Shown: positions 48,966 to 63,598, counted from the first letter of the stretch. The stretch is DNA of 64,000 bases from Tubulanus polymorphus (GCF_964204645.1 NC_134035.1:12804451-12868450); one strand, 5' to 3'. Translations and numbers: made by a program. Notes: generated by a model from the letters alone, not told the origin.

Positions 48966-49517
48966 TAACACATTTGCTGCCGACTACAAGATATATTAAT
49001 AGTTCTAGTTCTGCCATCATTACCACAACTGATCAATCTTAAGGCCTTTTTATGAACACTCGATTAGTATACTCGAGTATGCAAAACGTTTTTATGAGCA
49101 TGGATTATGTCATAATCCGTCATTTTTATGAACATTGGTTATCATAATCGATTAGCATACTCAGCATACTCGCTCGGCGAGCAAGTATGCCGATTATCTA
49201 ATCCAACCGATATGGTGTTCTCGGTAGAAGTCGCTGCTGAGTAGGCCATAATTGAATAATTCCTACCTGGCGTTTTTATCAACCAACATACCCGGTTATG
49301 TTAATTGACACTAATCGGCTATATTATCTAAATAGCTAATCTATTTCGATTTTGCTGCTTCAGAAAAAGGCCTTTATTCACTGTTTGAGAATAAACTTTC
49401 GTTTAATTCTCAATCGGTCATTTTTTAACAGTGGCCGACTTTTTATAGCTCTATTGTCAACTTCGATGTACAACAGGGGGCAGCACTGTATTATCAGGGC
49501 AGCAGCAAATGTGTTAA
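48966..49517. mobile_element. TAACAC-terminus MITE containing a nested Harbinger-like MITE (49042-49373, TTA target duplication)
   Basis: Outer taacacatttgctgc ... gcagcaaatgtgtta; inner tta-aggcctttttatgaa ... ttcagaaaaaggcct-tta. Confidence 0.75.
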
Positions 49518-50596
49518 GACCGGTCTAAGCACATTTTGGTTTTTCGCACTCAGGTCAAGCCTTATCTAAAATATTGTTATTCAGAAGTATTCCACAGCAT
49601 TGCACCGATGACGAACACTTTTAGCATGCGCAAGAATTTTTACAGCATTTTCCTAAACATTATTTTCGAATTCGCAGTCGACGTTCCTAATAACATTCCT
49701 TCCTGTCGATGATTTCAATAGGACAAATCGAAGTTACAAAACACCGTAATCACACTATTATTATCATTATTATTATGTGAAGTTGTTTTTGACGTTGTTT
49801 TTTGAAAAGAGTGAAAAGCAGCAGAGAGTGATTGACGAGGGGCCGATCCAGGGTCCGATTTCGTCTAACCCATCATCGACTGAAGAAAATAGGGCTCTTT
49901 TTCGAAAGAAGGCACGTTTTAAGAATCGGCCCGAATTAACAGCGAGCCTTTTCAACCCCCCACCCATAATCTCATCGGAGTTAGCACACACTTTGCTTAC
50001 GAAATTTTCACTCGTAAACATTTCGTAAGTTCCCAAAATCGCCTTGAATTTTTTTCCGCCCTTCTTCAAAAAGAACCCTGGATCGGCTCCCGGTTGATGA
50101 CGATTGATAAATGACTCCATTCAAACATTGAATACAAGAAAGAGAATGAAAAACCCTTTGCTTTGATTTGTAATTAATCGTTGATATTTTATAGTAGTAG
50201 TTATTAGTAACAGAGCACATTTTCTTAAGTTTTACTTTTAAAGCCGAATCTAAGAATAAAATTCAACAACCCAAACCGCCGACTATCTGAAACTCTGAGG
50301 TGTCGCAGGGGGATGTCGACCAGAATACCTACTGTTATATCTATTTAGGAGTAGTCGAACTAGTGACTCAATGGGGCACACCAGCCATACCGTTAGAAGG
50401 GGCCACTAACATATCAGACAAACTCGATTAAAATGGTTCATTTTCAATAACTTTTATTTCAATTTTCGGTCTTCCAGTCCAAATATTAGGCAAATCACAC
50501 ATCTAAATAAACTCTTAGTCGTTTCATATTTGGCGCGATTTTTTCACATGCATAGAATTTGAGAAATTATCGTTAGTCGAGTTTGAAAGGAAATAT

Positions 50597-50920
50597 TTAC
50601 AGTAGTAACTACTCTCAGAGTAGTAACTACTCTCAAATAGTTACAGTAGTAACTACTCTCAAAGTAGTAACTACTCTCAAAGTAGTAACTACTCTCAAAT
50701 AGTTACAGTAGTAACTACTCTCAAATAGTTACAGTAGTAACTACTCTCAAATAGTTACAGTAGTAACTACTCTCAAATAGTTACAGTAGTAACTACTCTC
50801 AAATAGTTACAGCAGTAACTACTCTCAAATAGTTACAGCAGTAACTACTCTCAAATAGTTACAGCAGTAACTACTCTCAAATAGTTACAGTAGTAACTAC
50901 TCTCAAATAGTTACAGTAGT
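50597..50920. repeat. 18/26-bp tandem repeat (agttacagtagtaactactctcaaat)
   Basis: About 13 units, each with the near-palindrome agtagtaactact. Confidence 0.92.
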
Positions 50921-51567
50921 CAGGTCGGTAACCGTTTTTAAACTATAACCCAGCACCCATGTAACATTGATGACCATATTGATAATTTTTTGACTCGTTT
51001 AGAATTTCAGATAGTCGAAGCCGTGTTAGTTCTTTAAATAAAGAGATCACTACAAAGAATAGTTTTAAATATTGCGATCGTGTTTTCCTTGTTTTCCTCA
51101 TTTACTCGCGAAATATTTGGCACAAAAAGCAATATTTCCTGAATTATTACCATCGTAACGAAACAAAAACAAAAAATAATAATAATCATAATTATAATTA
51201 TTATGTTACTTATTAATTATCATTAATACGTCCATTGAGAGAGAATTGTAATCAAACAAGCCACACCTATTTTTATGCCGATTTTTTGGCGATTTTGATT
51301 GACAGATCGAGTATTAACCCTTGCACCGCCGGCGCGACAGACGCTCGTACCGCTTGTTACTATCCGGGGCTCGACGATTCGAAAAAACAACAAAAACAAT
51401 TTTATAATACGATATAATTCCACCACTAAATCTAACATTTTTAGCCCCGGATATTCGATGAAAATCTAATCGCTGAACTCCTTTTCTCTTTCAAATCTCT
51501 GCTCGGTCGTCTGCTTGCTGAACACGTCCGATCTGACCAATCAATACCGGCGCCACCTAGTGGCGAA

Positions 51568-54500
51568 TTACTGTAAACCTAGAAAACATTCAATTAATGA
51601 CGTTTAGAAAATAGAATTTTGAACAATAAAACATGGTTTCCACAGTTACGCAAGTTCAAAATTCCCGAAGTTATCCTGTAGTATTTTGCAGGTGATTTCT
51701 CAATTTTGCCATATTAAATATGAAAAGATACCAGGTACATTATACTACAGCAGAAGGTCAGAATTTCCCTGCTCGGGATAAAGGTCGTTTTCAAGGAAGT
51801 ATACTTCTGAAGGTTGCCTTCGGTAAATGCTACTTGAAGTTTAAAATGAATTTCCAATATTTCTCGGTTTAGATGAAAAATTTATCAAAATCCGAAATAT
51901 TTCCAAAACCGGAAAACTTAATTAGAAAAGTCTCGAATATTGCCTGATTTCCCAGTAATATGAAAACCACGGTCACGTGGAAACCGAGCAATGGGAACCA
52001 GAATAAGAATGAAATCCGCGCAGTCCAAGAATTTGGTGATTTTTTTTACCTTCAGCAATCGTGTGAGGTTCAGTCAGCTGTGTGGGTGGTCTCATTTGAG
52101 TTTGAAAGCCTGGAGGCGGATTCTGTGTCCATCCACCTCGTCCTGCGAAAACAATCAATTCATTGAGCATTAATTCATTTGTTCTCTATTTCAAAATACA
52201 CTCGGAATAATATCATTTGAATATCTGATTATCTGTCATTCTATCAATAGGGTTTCACTAGGTTTTCAATAAGTTTCAATAGGTTTTTCAATCATATTTC
52301 ACACCATTTCTAATATGCTATCTATTAATACGCAAACTTATGGTATTTCAATGGTAGCCGATCAGAAAATTGTAATATTTAAGTGCTTTTAAAATTCTAT
52401 GCACTCGAATTGAAAGGCTAAGTATTCACCCGTGGTGACCAGTCAACCAGTGAAAACCACAGCTTAGAGGTCACATGTGTGAGTACATGTGACATGTTAC
52501 ACAAGCAGCCAATCAAAAACCCTAACCCTAGGTCAGCTGACCAGCTGTGACATCATAACCCTAGCCAGCCAATCAAAAACCCTAACCCTAGGTCAGCTGA
52601 CCAGCTGTGACATCATAACCCTAGCCAGCCAATCAACAACCCCTAACCTAGGAAAGCTGACCACCTGTGATCAAGCTGCCTCAATTGACCAGTGGACAAT
52701 GACTGACAGTGACAGGCATTCAATGTTTACTTTGCCCTGCTCTATACCTATGTACAGGAACTATCATGGCCAAGTTGCTCAAATTTCATCAGATAGCAAT
52801 GAAGTTTTGATTATGAGAGAGTGTTACAGTACAGAGGGCTATGAACACTAACATCAGAGGCTTCCTCGGAAGGATTCAATTGTCTGTCTAGATTGTTTCA
52901 TTCAACCAAAGTTTTTATCAATAAAGAACGAGTTCTCGTAAGAAGTGGCCCACTTCATCAAATCATATATCATATGAAAGCCTACTTACTACAAAATAAA
53001 ACTAACTTGTAATGCATGGAAATAAACAGCGAATGAGCTATTTGGTATCGTGATGAACTTGGATTTCACCCCAAATTTTCTGAGGAGTTATTGACACTAC
53101 ATATTGCAATTCCTGAGTGCTAATGGGTTAATAAAGAACAAGTTCTCGTAAGAAGCCATAGACTATAACTGTGTGGAGACTGTGACGTACCTCTGAAAGG
53201 GAAGCTCTGTACGAACGGTAGTCTGTGATTAGGATTGGTATCGATCTCTGTGAGTTGTTGTAAAGATTTCATCCAATGCGGCGGCTGTTCGTCTGTCGTT
53301 GTCGTCAGATTCTGAGCTGTAAACGTAGAAAATACAGAAAAACGCGATACAAGAATGTGTTAGATAAATACAACACAAGTTACATAAACTACATCAGTAC
53401 AAACTGAGTATTTTATCAGTAGTACCGCCGGCGAAAATAGAAGGTAGAAACTACTTTCTGCTTAAACTCTTCAAGGTCCCGATGAATGGTTTCATTCAAA
53501 TGGCAATTAAACCAAAACTTTTTCATAAAACTGGATTGATCAGTTTTTTCAATAAACAGCGATAATACTATTACTGTTTTTTAGTACCCGGTAAGAAGCT
53601 ACTGCTGATCTCGAGGGGTCAGTTGCTCAAAAGTCGGTTGCAGTCGACAGCCAGATAAATCTATGTGGTGACAATGGAATCTCAATTGTCACTATTTCCA
53701 CTATCGACTGGTTAACTGTAAACTAACTATTGAACAACTGAAGTAGTTTGCAGCTGCAGTTCTTTGAGATAAAACCTGAAATATCACGAATGATGATTAT
53801 GTAAAATAGAACTGATTACATACAGTGACGATTCCTCTATGATACGATGTTATCAAATAAATTACGTAAAAAGTCGGTAGTTTCATAAACGTGGGACGAA
53901 ATATTATGAGGGAGGGGGGTCTTGAGACATCGCGGATTAGACAGTATCGCAATACCCCCCCCCCCATCAATGAACCCTCCCATTCCACTCCTCGTTTATG
54001 AAACTACTCAACAAGTCACCTCTTCCAAGACTAGAAAATAATAACGACGTTATAGTAAAGAGGGCATGAGAGGGTTAACGGAAGGGGAGGGTGTTTGGGG
54101 TAAATTAAAATACACGCATGCAAAGTACCACTAAAAACCTCGAAGTCCGCTGCCCTACTCTCTTCACAATCACTGAAACAACTTTTAAAACTCAGGATCG
54201 ATGATTCCTCTTGGTTAAAAAACAAATAAGTGAATGTTAATATATTCGATATCTAATTATTCGATAATGATTTAAACAAGGATAAGCAACGGATTAATGG
54301 ATTAAAATGATGGATTAATGGATGAGATTATGAATAATATATGAGGATATATTTTGTTTTTGTAGGGGAATATTTTATTTTTGTAGGTACTCCTGACTGA
54401 TTTACTGTGTGATATAGAAGATTCTTAGAAGTACAGCCGCCCAAACTCAAGCTGCAATTCCTCATCTAACTGTATTTGACCCTAGTTCTACAGATGTGGG

Positions 54501-57500
54501 TTAGGTCTAACTCTCTCTTTGGGAGCCATTTCCGGAGATTGGATCAAACTCAGGTCTAGGGAGCATTCGACGTTTTATTGTTAGATCATTGAGTCAGGAA
54601 ACACAGATAATCAGCGTTAAAGCGGGATTTGAACCCACCACTCTTCGGTCGGCAGTCATGGAAACTGTACTGGATTCAATGCGTGATGAATGTATATGTC
54701 GGATGATTAATAGTGTTATGATTAGTGAACGTACTAAAGAGAGAGAGTGAGAGAGAGTGAGAGAGCGATGAGGTATTTTAGTTCGACGGTACTCACCGTG
54801 TTCGGTAATACCGCCGGATGTAACTATGGCAGGATCCTGTGACATCCAATCAACTGCTGAAGAGGAGCGACATTGAGACGGCCAGGCTACAAACAAAACA
54901 CAATCCACAATTCAACTCGTCCGTGGAGTTTACTAGCTTCATAAGAGTGGTGTCTTTCAACCCATTTACTAATCCCCTCGGTAATCCACACAATACACAA
55001 AATTCCCCGAGTGAATCGGCCAAATTTCTAGGTTTCGAATGTTACAATTCATAAATTACATGTTTTATAAACTATCATCTGTGTTTTCTTCGATATCGTT
55101 TTTCCTTTTGCAACTCTTAAAACAGTAAACAGTAGCGTGAAGCCTTCGTTTGAATTCTAGTCGTGGGAACCCCGTAGCGTACACACAAACGTGTACGTTA
55201 TACCGGTAATAATAATAATAATGATAATAATAATAATAATTTAAAAAATAATTCTGCTCATTGCGCAGTTTGTAAAACTAAAACAACACTTAGAATATAT
55301 GAACCGCAAGACGTAATATAAGAAAATGTACAAAATGAAAACAGGGAAATAAGAAACTGTTTTGAATGGACACAGATCTATAGTGGAACCTCGTTACAGC
55401 GAACTTCACGCGACTAGAAAATAGGTTCGTTATAACCGATAGTTCATTATGTTCACTATGAAATTAATCAAATTGTCTTATATGGGACAAAATTCTATAT
55501 TTGTTATATGCGATGAATTGTTGGTATCTGAGTTCGTTATAACGAGGTTCCGCTGTAGTGTTTGGTTCTGCGGTAAATTTGTAATGCCAGTCTATGAAAC
55601 CAGTTTGAGGGAATGTTCATAAAATGAAGAGGTGACAACAGAGGAGGGAGAGACAGATATAAAGAGGTACAAGGTTCCTACAATTCCTGGTATCCAGAAT
55701 TCAAGGACTTTTCAAGGAATTCTCAAGGAGTAATTTTCAATATTCAAGGAGGTTTTCGCGGTTATATATAAGGAAAAAAAGTCGAAAATTCAAAAACAAA
55801 ATCCATGTTTTTCTCAAATTTTGATCAGTTGTTGTGTGTGCCGTTTTGGTTTTACATGTTTAAATGTTTTAAATCTCAAAGTGAAACAACTTTCACAAGT
55901 CACACAATGAATATTAATAGAACACACTGTCTTCTGAAAAGGACCTTTTGAAAATTTTTAATAGGACATTCCCAGAATTTAAGGAGTTTCAAGGAGTTTA
56001 TGGATATTTCTCAAAATTAAAGGATTTTCAAGGACCTTGAAAAATATATTCAAAAATCAAGGAGTTTTCAAGGATTCAAAGAGTTGTAGGGACCCTGAGG
56101 TAAGATAGAGAGATAGACAGGCTATAATTCAGATACTCACATTTATTTTGTATATTGTGATGCTGTAAGTGATGACGTGGAGGGGGCAACTGCTGCTGCT
56201 GCTGTTGACGATGGTTACCGGGTGTCGGTCTGTTTACCCCTGCTGACCCCTGGTGGTAATTCGGTGTACCGAAACTGATGTTCACGTTCGGGAACAACGC
56301 CTTCAAACCTTCCTGCCAGTTTTTCGTAAATATGTCCTTTTCGCGAAGAAAATAACAGATATCATAATTTCTTATTTTCAAGTACTCACACGCGCTACAC
56401 TTCAGGACAGTTCCACAGTTTTGAGTTAGAGATAACTCTTGAGTTAAAGTTAGTTCATTTTCAATGAGTTAACTCGGAGTCAAATTTTAACTCGCAACTG
56501 TGAAACTGGATCCGGTGAGTTAAAACTAACGAAAAAACAACTATTTGAAAATAAATTGTTCCGAGAATAAAAACTACACAATATTTAGAAATAAGCAAAA
56601 ATACAATAATACTGAGCTAACTATAAATGCATGTGTACTACATCAGCTGTACAATATAATTCTAATTTAAACTTTCAGTATTTCTCAATATTTCTCTAAA
56701 CTTTCAATATTTCCCTAAAATTTCAACATTTCTCTAAACCTTCAACATTTCTCTAAACTTTCAATATTTCTCTAAACTTTCAATATTTCTCAGTGGTTTC
56801 TATGAAGTTTTCATTAAATTTGCGCTTCATTTCATGTTTCAAAAATAATCCTTTTCACGATATCAATATAATATATTCTTAGATATTACTACAACTCTAC
56901 AGCGACTATTCAGGGCTGCAAACTTTTACTACTTTAAGTGCTTACAACATGAAGTGTTTTCAAGAAGCCAGTGCCAAGTTACAAACATCAGTCATGCGTG
57001 ACTCAAATTCTTACGAATTGACTATAGAACTGAGATGATCAAATTCAAGCCCTGACTTTGAGCAACTAATCACAGGACCCCGAATTCCAAATTTGGGAGA
57101 ATGAAAATTTGTTTGAGTTCGACTCCAAGGAATTCTGATTTCCATTAGAGTCACAACTCAGAACTGTATACGGGTAAACAAACTGACGTAACTCGAACTG
57201 AAAGCTGATGAAACTGGGTCCCGTTATTCTCAGGCCAAATTAGATATAAACAGTTTATGCAGCTCTGAAAGTCTATAGATACAAAAAGCAGCTTGTGTAA
57301 GAAGCTCACACGGACACGTGCGCTCGCGCCGGGCCGCGGTTCTGAAGTTCTGATTTAGAGTTAAACTAATCGAGTTTCAGTTCATTTTCAACGAGTCAAA
57401 TCTAAAACAGAACCGTGGAACCGGATCGCGGCATTTTTTTCTCGGTTTTACCTCGTTTTGCTGCGGCGCGTTTCCTGAGCAATCTGAAATCATATTTGTG

Positions 57501-60500
57501 TACGATGATGATGATGATGATGTACAGTTACTACTATTAATAAAACTAGCGTTGTTGACGGAGTTGAAGCCCGGCGGATGTGACGACGTCGACGACATTA
57601 AACCCAATATTTTACTACGAGTCGGTAACTGATAACCACCTGTAAACATAAACCATTTTAGAGAAATACGCGAAGGTTAAACGGAAAGGAGAAAACTCCG
57701 CAGAAAAAGAAACCGAAATTTTCACACATGTTTTGCAAATTCAAACGTTCTTTCACCACATTCAGATACAGAATAATACAACATAAAGCATTATGTCGCT
57801 ATCCTGAAATCATTACTACAGTAGAACCTCGTTATAACGAACTCAGATACAATGATTCATCGGATATATCTAAACAAATTACACCCAAAACACCAATACC
57901 TATCATTCTAAAAATTCAGGTTACAGCGTTTAGTGGTGGGAGGAATATTCCTCTTGAAATCAATATACTTAGAATCTAAGACTAGAATTTTGTCCCAAGT
58001 AAGAAAATTTAATCAATTTCATACTGAATATAACAAACTGTTATAACGAACATATTTTCTGGGCCAGTGAAGTTCGTTGGAACGAGGTTCCACTGTAACG
58101 ATAAGACTCTGCTGCGCTTGAGTTGATAATCTTGAATTATCTCGTGATATTTACCAGACTCTGATTCATGTAACTGTGAGACGTACCTGATTTTGAATTG
58201 GGCAGGTAAGGGTTAATATGACTGGGAGCAAAGCCGGGAGGCACAGACTGCTGCTGCTGCTGTTGTAAGATCTGTTGTTGAGAAGACTGTTGTTGCTGAT
58301 GATGCAAAGAATGAGGAGATAAATGATGATGTTGTTGTTGATGATGATGATTGATAGAACGAAGATTTTGCTGCTGGCCTTGTTCGCGTTCGATGAGATC
58401 TGCTAGACCTTTAGCCGACTCATCCCACGGGTCAAAACCTGAAATTCATAAATATAACACAGATGATTTACAACATCGCTTAGATTTTTTATGAGCAAAA
58501 CCAACGATAGACGATTAAACAGTTTATTCTGTTTCGAAGTTTGACTAAACTCTTTCACGTCTCTAATGATTAAGGTTAGTCATCAATTCGAAAATGTCAG
58601 AATAAACTGTTTTATCAACTGCGGCCTTGTTCATTAACGCACTGAGTTAAATATCAGTCTACCAGCGATTATCTGATTTTTGTTGCCTACAAATTGATTG
58701 CTATCACTGAATCCACGGAGACAACTCGGTTAACCCTTTCAGTGTGGTGTATAAATCAGTTAGATTTTGCTAGTACACCGCACTGCAGTGTATTGCTGTA
58801 ATTAGTAATTATCTCTCTTGATAGATGGCAGCACCTGTCAAACATAGTGAAATACTAGTAACTAACGATACACCGCGCCGCGGTGTAGACGCACTATAGT
58901 GGTATTCCCGTTATTCAACACACTAGGGTGGAATTTTTCAAAATCTTCAAATTACCTTCAGCACTTTAGGGTATTAATTAGCCCGCACTGAAAGGGTTAA
59001 TTCTAACTGTAGACCTTATCGATCTAGAGCATAGTCATTTCAAATAACTCTTTCACCGTGATAGTTATAAAGTCTATTTGTGTCCGGCATCGATTCTTCA
59101 TACATACACACATACCTAGATCATCGTCGTGGTGTTCAACCGCAGCACTTTTAAACCCAAACGCAGCTTGCCAATCGGTCGAACTTGATACCGGTATCGT
59201 ATCCGCTATTTCTGTCGTAGGTATAGATTCTAGAAACATTTTAAAACATCGCAGCGAGATTAGCGAGTGTTCGTATGAAAGTCATTACGTATATTATTTC
59301 AGAAACTGGTGAAACATGTTACTCAATAAAAGTGGAACTATTTTTCAAACGATCAGAGTTGAACTATGCGTAAACTACAAAAACAGTTAAGTTGTTGTAG
59401 TAAGGACAATCATTACGCTGAGGACTTATACAAATAATGACTTGAACTTTATAGAGTATTTTGAATTGGAAATACAAATTGAGACTCAAAAATAGAGATG
59501 ACATCAATGTGACTATTTATCAAAATTACGACTTTCAATTACAAATTGAGACTCAATAATTGTGACAAATTCAGTAATACAACAACTTATAATCAGAAAA
59601 TTGAAACGGAATTTAGAAATACTGGTAAAAATTTGCGAAAACTTCAGTAAACGCGATGACTCGTTATTCTACGCACCTGTAGGAGGATTGTGCGCAGGTT
59701 GTACAGGGGGCGCCACCGGTTTCATAACTCTCATCGACGGAAATCCGGAACCGCTGAATAGTGATAGACTATTCTCGGGATTAGAGTCGATTAAGACGTT
59801 CTTCGTGTTAGCACCGATATTAGTGGGTAGAGGATTGTGGGTAACGACGTTATTACTACTGTCTGAATTATTCATATGCGATCGATCTGAACTTCGATTA
59901 CTGAAACAAAAACTCAAATTTATATCGAACGTGGATGAAAGTTTCCCCGAACTCTTAAACTCATCAGAGGTTAGAATGAGTTCACTTTCATCCTGGTCTG
60001 CTTAGCACCACTCAGAGCATTATCTATGGCTGGCTGGCTGACTGACTGACTGACTGACTGACTGACTGGGCCAACTTTGGTTATCTGAGTTAGCCGACTA
60101 TAGTCAAACTAAGCGAAATCGAATTTCAGTTAGTCGGAACTATGGTCCGGAAATAGTTCGGAAATTAAGCACATTCGGTTATTAGTTCCGACCACTAGTC
60201 GACTAGATACGAAAACCGAATTTGGCCCTGACTGACTGAGACTGACTGCTAGCATGTACAGGATTCAAACACATTAACTCTAGATTGATAAACTGACTGC
60301 TAGCACCAGTCGCGACTTAAGTCCAAAAGTGGTCTTAAATCTTTAGACCGATCTTCAGTTGTTAGATTGGCTATAGAACTAAGTTGGTCTTAGTCTGGTC
60401 TTAAGACAATGCAACCGATTCAAACACAAGATCCCTGGATTGATGAATAGACAAGTGAAAGGCCGACTGACGGTCAGCGCCAGGAATTAAACAAATGAAC

Positions 60501-63500
60501 CCGAAACCAGTGAAATACAGATGGTTTAAATGACAGCGTGTATAGCTAGTTAGGTGTTTACCTGTTGGCATTATTGTCAGGTTGTATCACAAGTTGTTGT
60601 TGTTGTTGTTGATGTTGTGTTCTATGTTTGTTTATATTTGCACCCGGAGCTTTCTGTTGATTATTTTCTGTATCTAGTAGTAATTTCTGCGGCGGTGAAG
60701 GAGGTTTATTACCATTCGTTAACCTAAAAATCAATAAAACATTTCACTCAGTAAATACCGAGACACCACACGCATGCAGCTCCACATTTATGAGTTAAGG
60801 TTTCGACCCTTATTGAGTTTAAATATTGAAGACAACCCAACTTAAGGATCATTCATTTATTACGTACGCATAAAATTCGACTTTTTCATATACATAAAGC
60901 ATTACAGCTGCACTTACCCCTCCCCCTCCCATAATGCGTATGTAATACATGAATGATCCCTTAACTCAATGGTCGAATTCATCAACCGTGACCGGAGGAG
61001 TAGGGTCCGTATTTCACTAAGAACTCTAAGGACAACACTTTCATTTTAACTCGCTAATTGAAATCTGCTAGAACCTGACATGAAGGAAATTCAGAACAGA
61101 CAGGTTTGATTAAAATAGAATTGTCGTACCTCCAGGCAGCTGAGTAATTTAAACTAAGTATATTTCAGACTATAAAGTTCAACGTTTGATTTGACATCAA
61201 ACATCAACATGTTTCGACATTTAAGCATTTTTAACCAATAAATAGTTGATTTTAGATGACATATAGACAATGATGATTCAGCGTTCTCCAGAATTTTAAA
61301 GGTGCTGCATTCATTGTTAACTCGACGTGGCTGCTGAAATAGTGCGGCTTCAGATCCCCCATAAGATACAGAAAAATTGAGCTTAATTTTGATTTAATCT
61401 TCTATTACTGGCTGGGGCAACAGATATTTGATAAGTAGTGGCTGATTTTCGCAGGGGTGGATGTAAAAATGAAAGGGGTTGACCGCACTTATAAAACCTG
61501 TTTCGGAGAACACTGAATTGACTGACTGCTGCGAGGTACGTATAAACACATTGAGGGAGAGATATAATGAATACCTTTCAGATTTATTTGCAGTAGTGTT
61601 TTGTTGTGGTGCTAATGAAGAAGTGCCCGGAGCAGACAGCGGGTGTGGTGACAATGCCGTAGTCGGTGAAATTGTCTTTTTCCTACAAAGGATGCTGAAT
61701 ATATAACATCACACACTCTAACTCTAACACCTGCTAGTTTATAGAGATCCAGTTCATCAGTTCTCAGTCACAATCCCTCTAACTTATTCTATTGATTTCA
61801 TTTCAAATACTATGGAACCTTCAGTTATAACGATCTCAGATTCAGTGATTCATCAGTACATGTACATGAAACAGATACATAGATCAAGCAGGCTCAGACC
61901 TGTACCCATTTCATAATTTTTCACGACCTTCAAGGACCGCTACGAACCCTACAGGGGTTTGATTACTCAATAGGGTTTTTCAACACTCGAGTGAATGAAA
62001 CTATGAAACCGATGAGAACCGTGGAACTGAATCTCTGTTCATAAGAGCTTGACCCGATAAAACTAGCCACAGACAGATTTCATAGCTTTAAATAAATGTT
62101 CTACATGATATCGTATGAAAATATAATATTGAGTATATAATCATTGAAGAAACACTTTGAGTCAGTGTCGTAAAGATAATATAAAATCCCACACATTTAG
62201 AATAACGCGAGTCCGAAATGTTTCCTTGAGCTAGTATAGTTTATTTGACGTTTTGATTATATCCTCAATAGTCATCTTCAGAATATTGATGTTGTCCTCA
62301 TTATAACCATTGAGGAAACTCTATGAGTCTGTGTAGTGAAGATAATATAAAATCCCTGCACAGTAAGAATAACAAGAGTCTGGACTGTAGATGGCTATAA
62401 GGATATTGCCAAAACGTCTAAAAACCTTTCGGATTCGTTCTCGTTTTGCGCGTGTGACATTTTCTCTTAATGATAAAGTATATAATTTATAATAGTGCAA
62501 GATGTAAATAGATATTAAACGCGCGCACACTTACCTAGTTGTATTTAGTTGTTGATTAGTACTATTACTAGAAGTAGTTGTAACAGCACTAGAAGAGGAG
62601 GATGGGGGAGATGAACTGGAAGTAGACACGGGCGCCGCTGCCGCTGCTGTAACCGATGATGACGATGATGTCGAAACCGTGGTTGCAGGATGCGTAGCCG
62701 TTTTAGATGTAGTTGTCGTGCCGTGGTGCGCCGTATTTTGACTGTTCATATACTGCTCGTAAAGTCTTTGTTCATAATCCTGATGTTTCCTAAAAACCAG
62801 AAAAACAACACGTATTATTGATTACCTGTAAATAACCTGTTAGACTCATACGGGCAACAAGCAGCAGCCCTGAACCATCTCCCGTCAGAACCAACCCTCT
62901 TCAGTTCGATACCACCGCGCTTCTGACATTGCGAGTTCATTTGTAACGAATGCTTGTGAAGTGTGGACGATCAGTTTCTGAAAGTGTGCTGACAAATGTC
63001 TTATATCTGGTGTTGGTAATTCATTTTCATTCAAAAACATGAAGTTCTGAACACATGTGAAGTGTTGACGATCAGTTTTTGAAAGTGTGCTGACAAATGT
63101 CTTATATCTGGTGTTTATAGTTCATTTTCATTCAAAAACATGAAGTTCTGAACACATGTGAAGTGTAGACGATCAGTTTTTGAAAGTGTGCTGATAAAAT
63201 ATCTAATTGCTATAGGGTTCAAGCTGCAGATCGACGATGCCAGCATTAATTATCTATTTTCTTCTATAATTATTAATTACCCTTGCTGCATTTCCTCTTT
63301 AGTAAAACTAGCAGCCTCTTCACCTAATTCATGCAGATACATACAATCCTAGAAAATAAAACAACAAAATAAAATGCCGAACGTATCAAAACATATAAAT
63401 CGGAATAACTGGTGTTGATTTTCCTTTTCTTACCAGCTTCGGACATTGGGTTCCCTTTAAAAAGTGGCTACAATATTTCGTAGTTCCGAGAGACGCTTTT

Positions 63501-63598
63501 AAAGTGCGACTATCGACGTAGACGTTGTTGACGTTTTGAATCGCTTTTAACGCGTCTTCAGCTTTTAAATACGTAACATACGCACCGGCGCTAGGACC
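51568..63598 (-). CDS. CNOT4: CCR4-NOT subunit 4 (E3 ligase), partial: RING and start of RRM lie beyond the window end
   Basis: Exons 63598-63434 (RRM end, LKASLGTTKYCSHFLK), 63348-63281 (DCMYLHELGEEAASFTKEEMQ), 62789-62535, 61682-61575, 60723-60562, 59900-59677, 59229-59116 (DWQAAFGF...DDDL), 58438-58187 (GFDPW), 57639-57452, 56336-56141 (WQEGLKALFPNVNISFG, CAF40-binding motif), 54886-54797 (DPAIV), 53316-53191 (PPHWMKSLQQLTE), 52142-52050 (PPPGFQ), 51578-51568 (GLQ*). Phases consistent throughout; last exon less certain. Confidence 0.92.
52488..52672. repeat. 59-bp tandem repeat x3 containing CCAAT, CAGCTG and aaccctaaccct motifs
   Basis: Directly visible in a CNOT4 intron. Confidence 0.85.
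55379..55557. mobile_element. Tc1/mariner-type MITE (TA-flanked, agtggaacctcgtta TIR)
   Basis: tagtggaacctcgttacagcgaact ... agttcgttataacgaggttccgctgta. Confidence 0.75.
55670..56097. mobile_element. MITE with ca(a/g)ggt(t/c)cctacaa TIRs and ttcaagga sub-terminal repeats
   Basis: caaggttcctacaa ... ttgtagggaccctg. Confidence 0.7.
57817..58097. mobile_element. Tc1/mariner-type MITE (same family as 55379-55557)
   Basis: tacagtagaacctcgttataacgaact ... agttcgttggaacgaggttccactgta with TA ends. Confidence 0.8.
58730..59000 (-). mobile_element. piggyBac-like non-autonomous element, copy 2
   Basis: TTAA-CCCTTTCAGTG termini; interior is reverse-complement homologous to 38552-38847. Confidence 0.85.

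Noticed and set aside
52517-52650. Interstitial telomere
   Set aside because: At most two CCCTAA units in a row, embedded in a 59-bp repeat.
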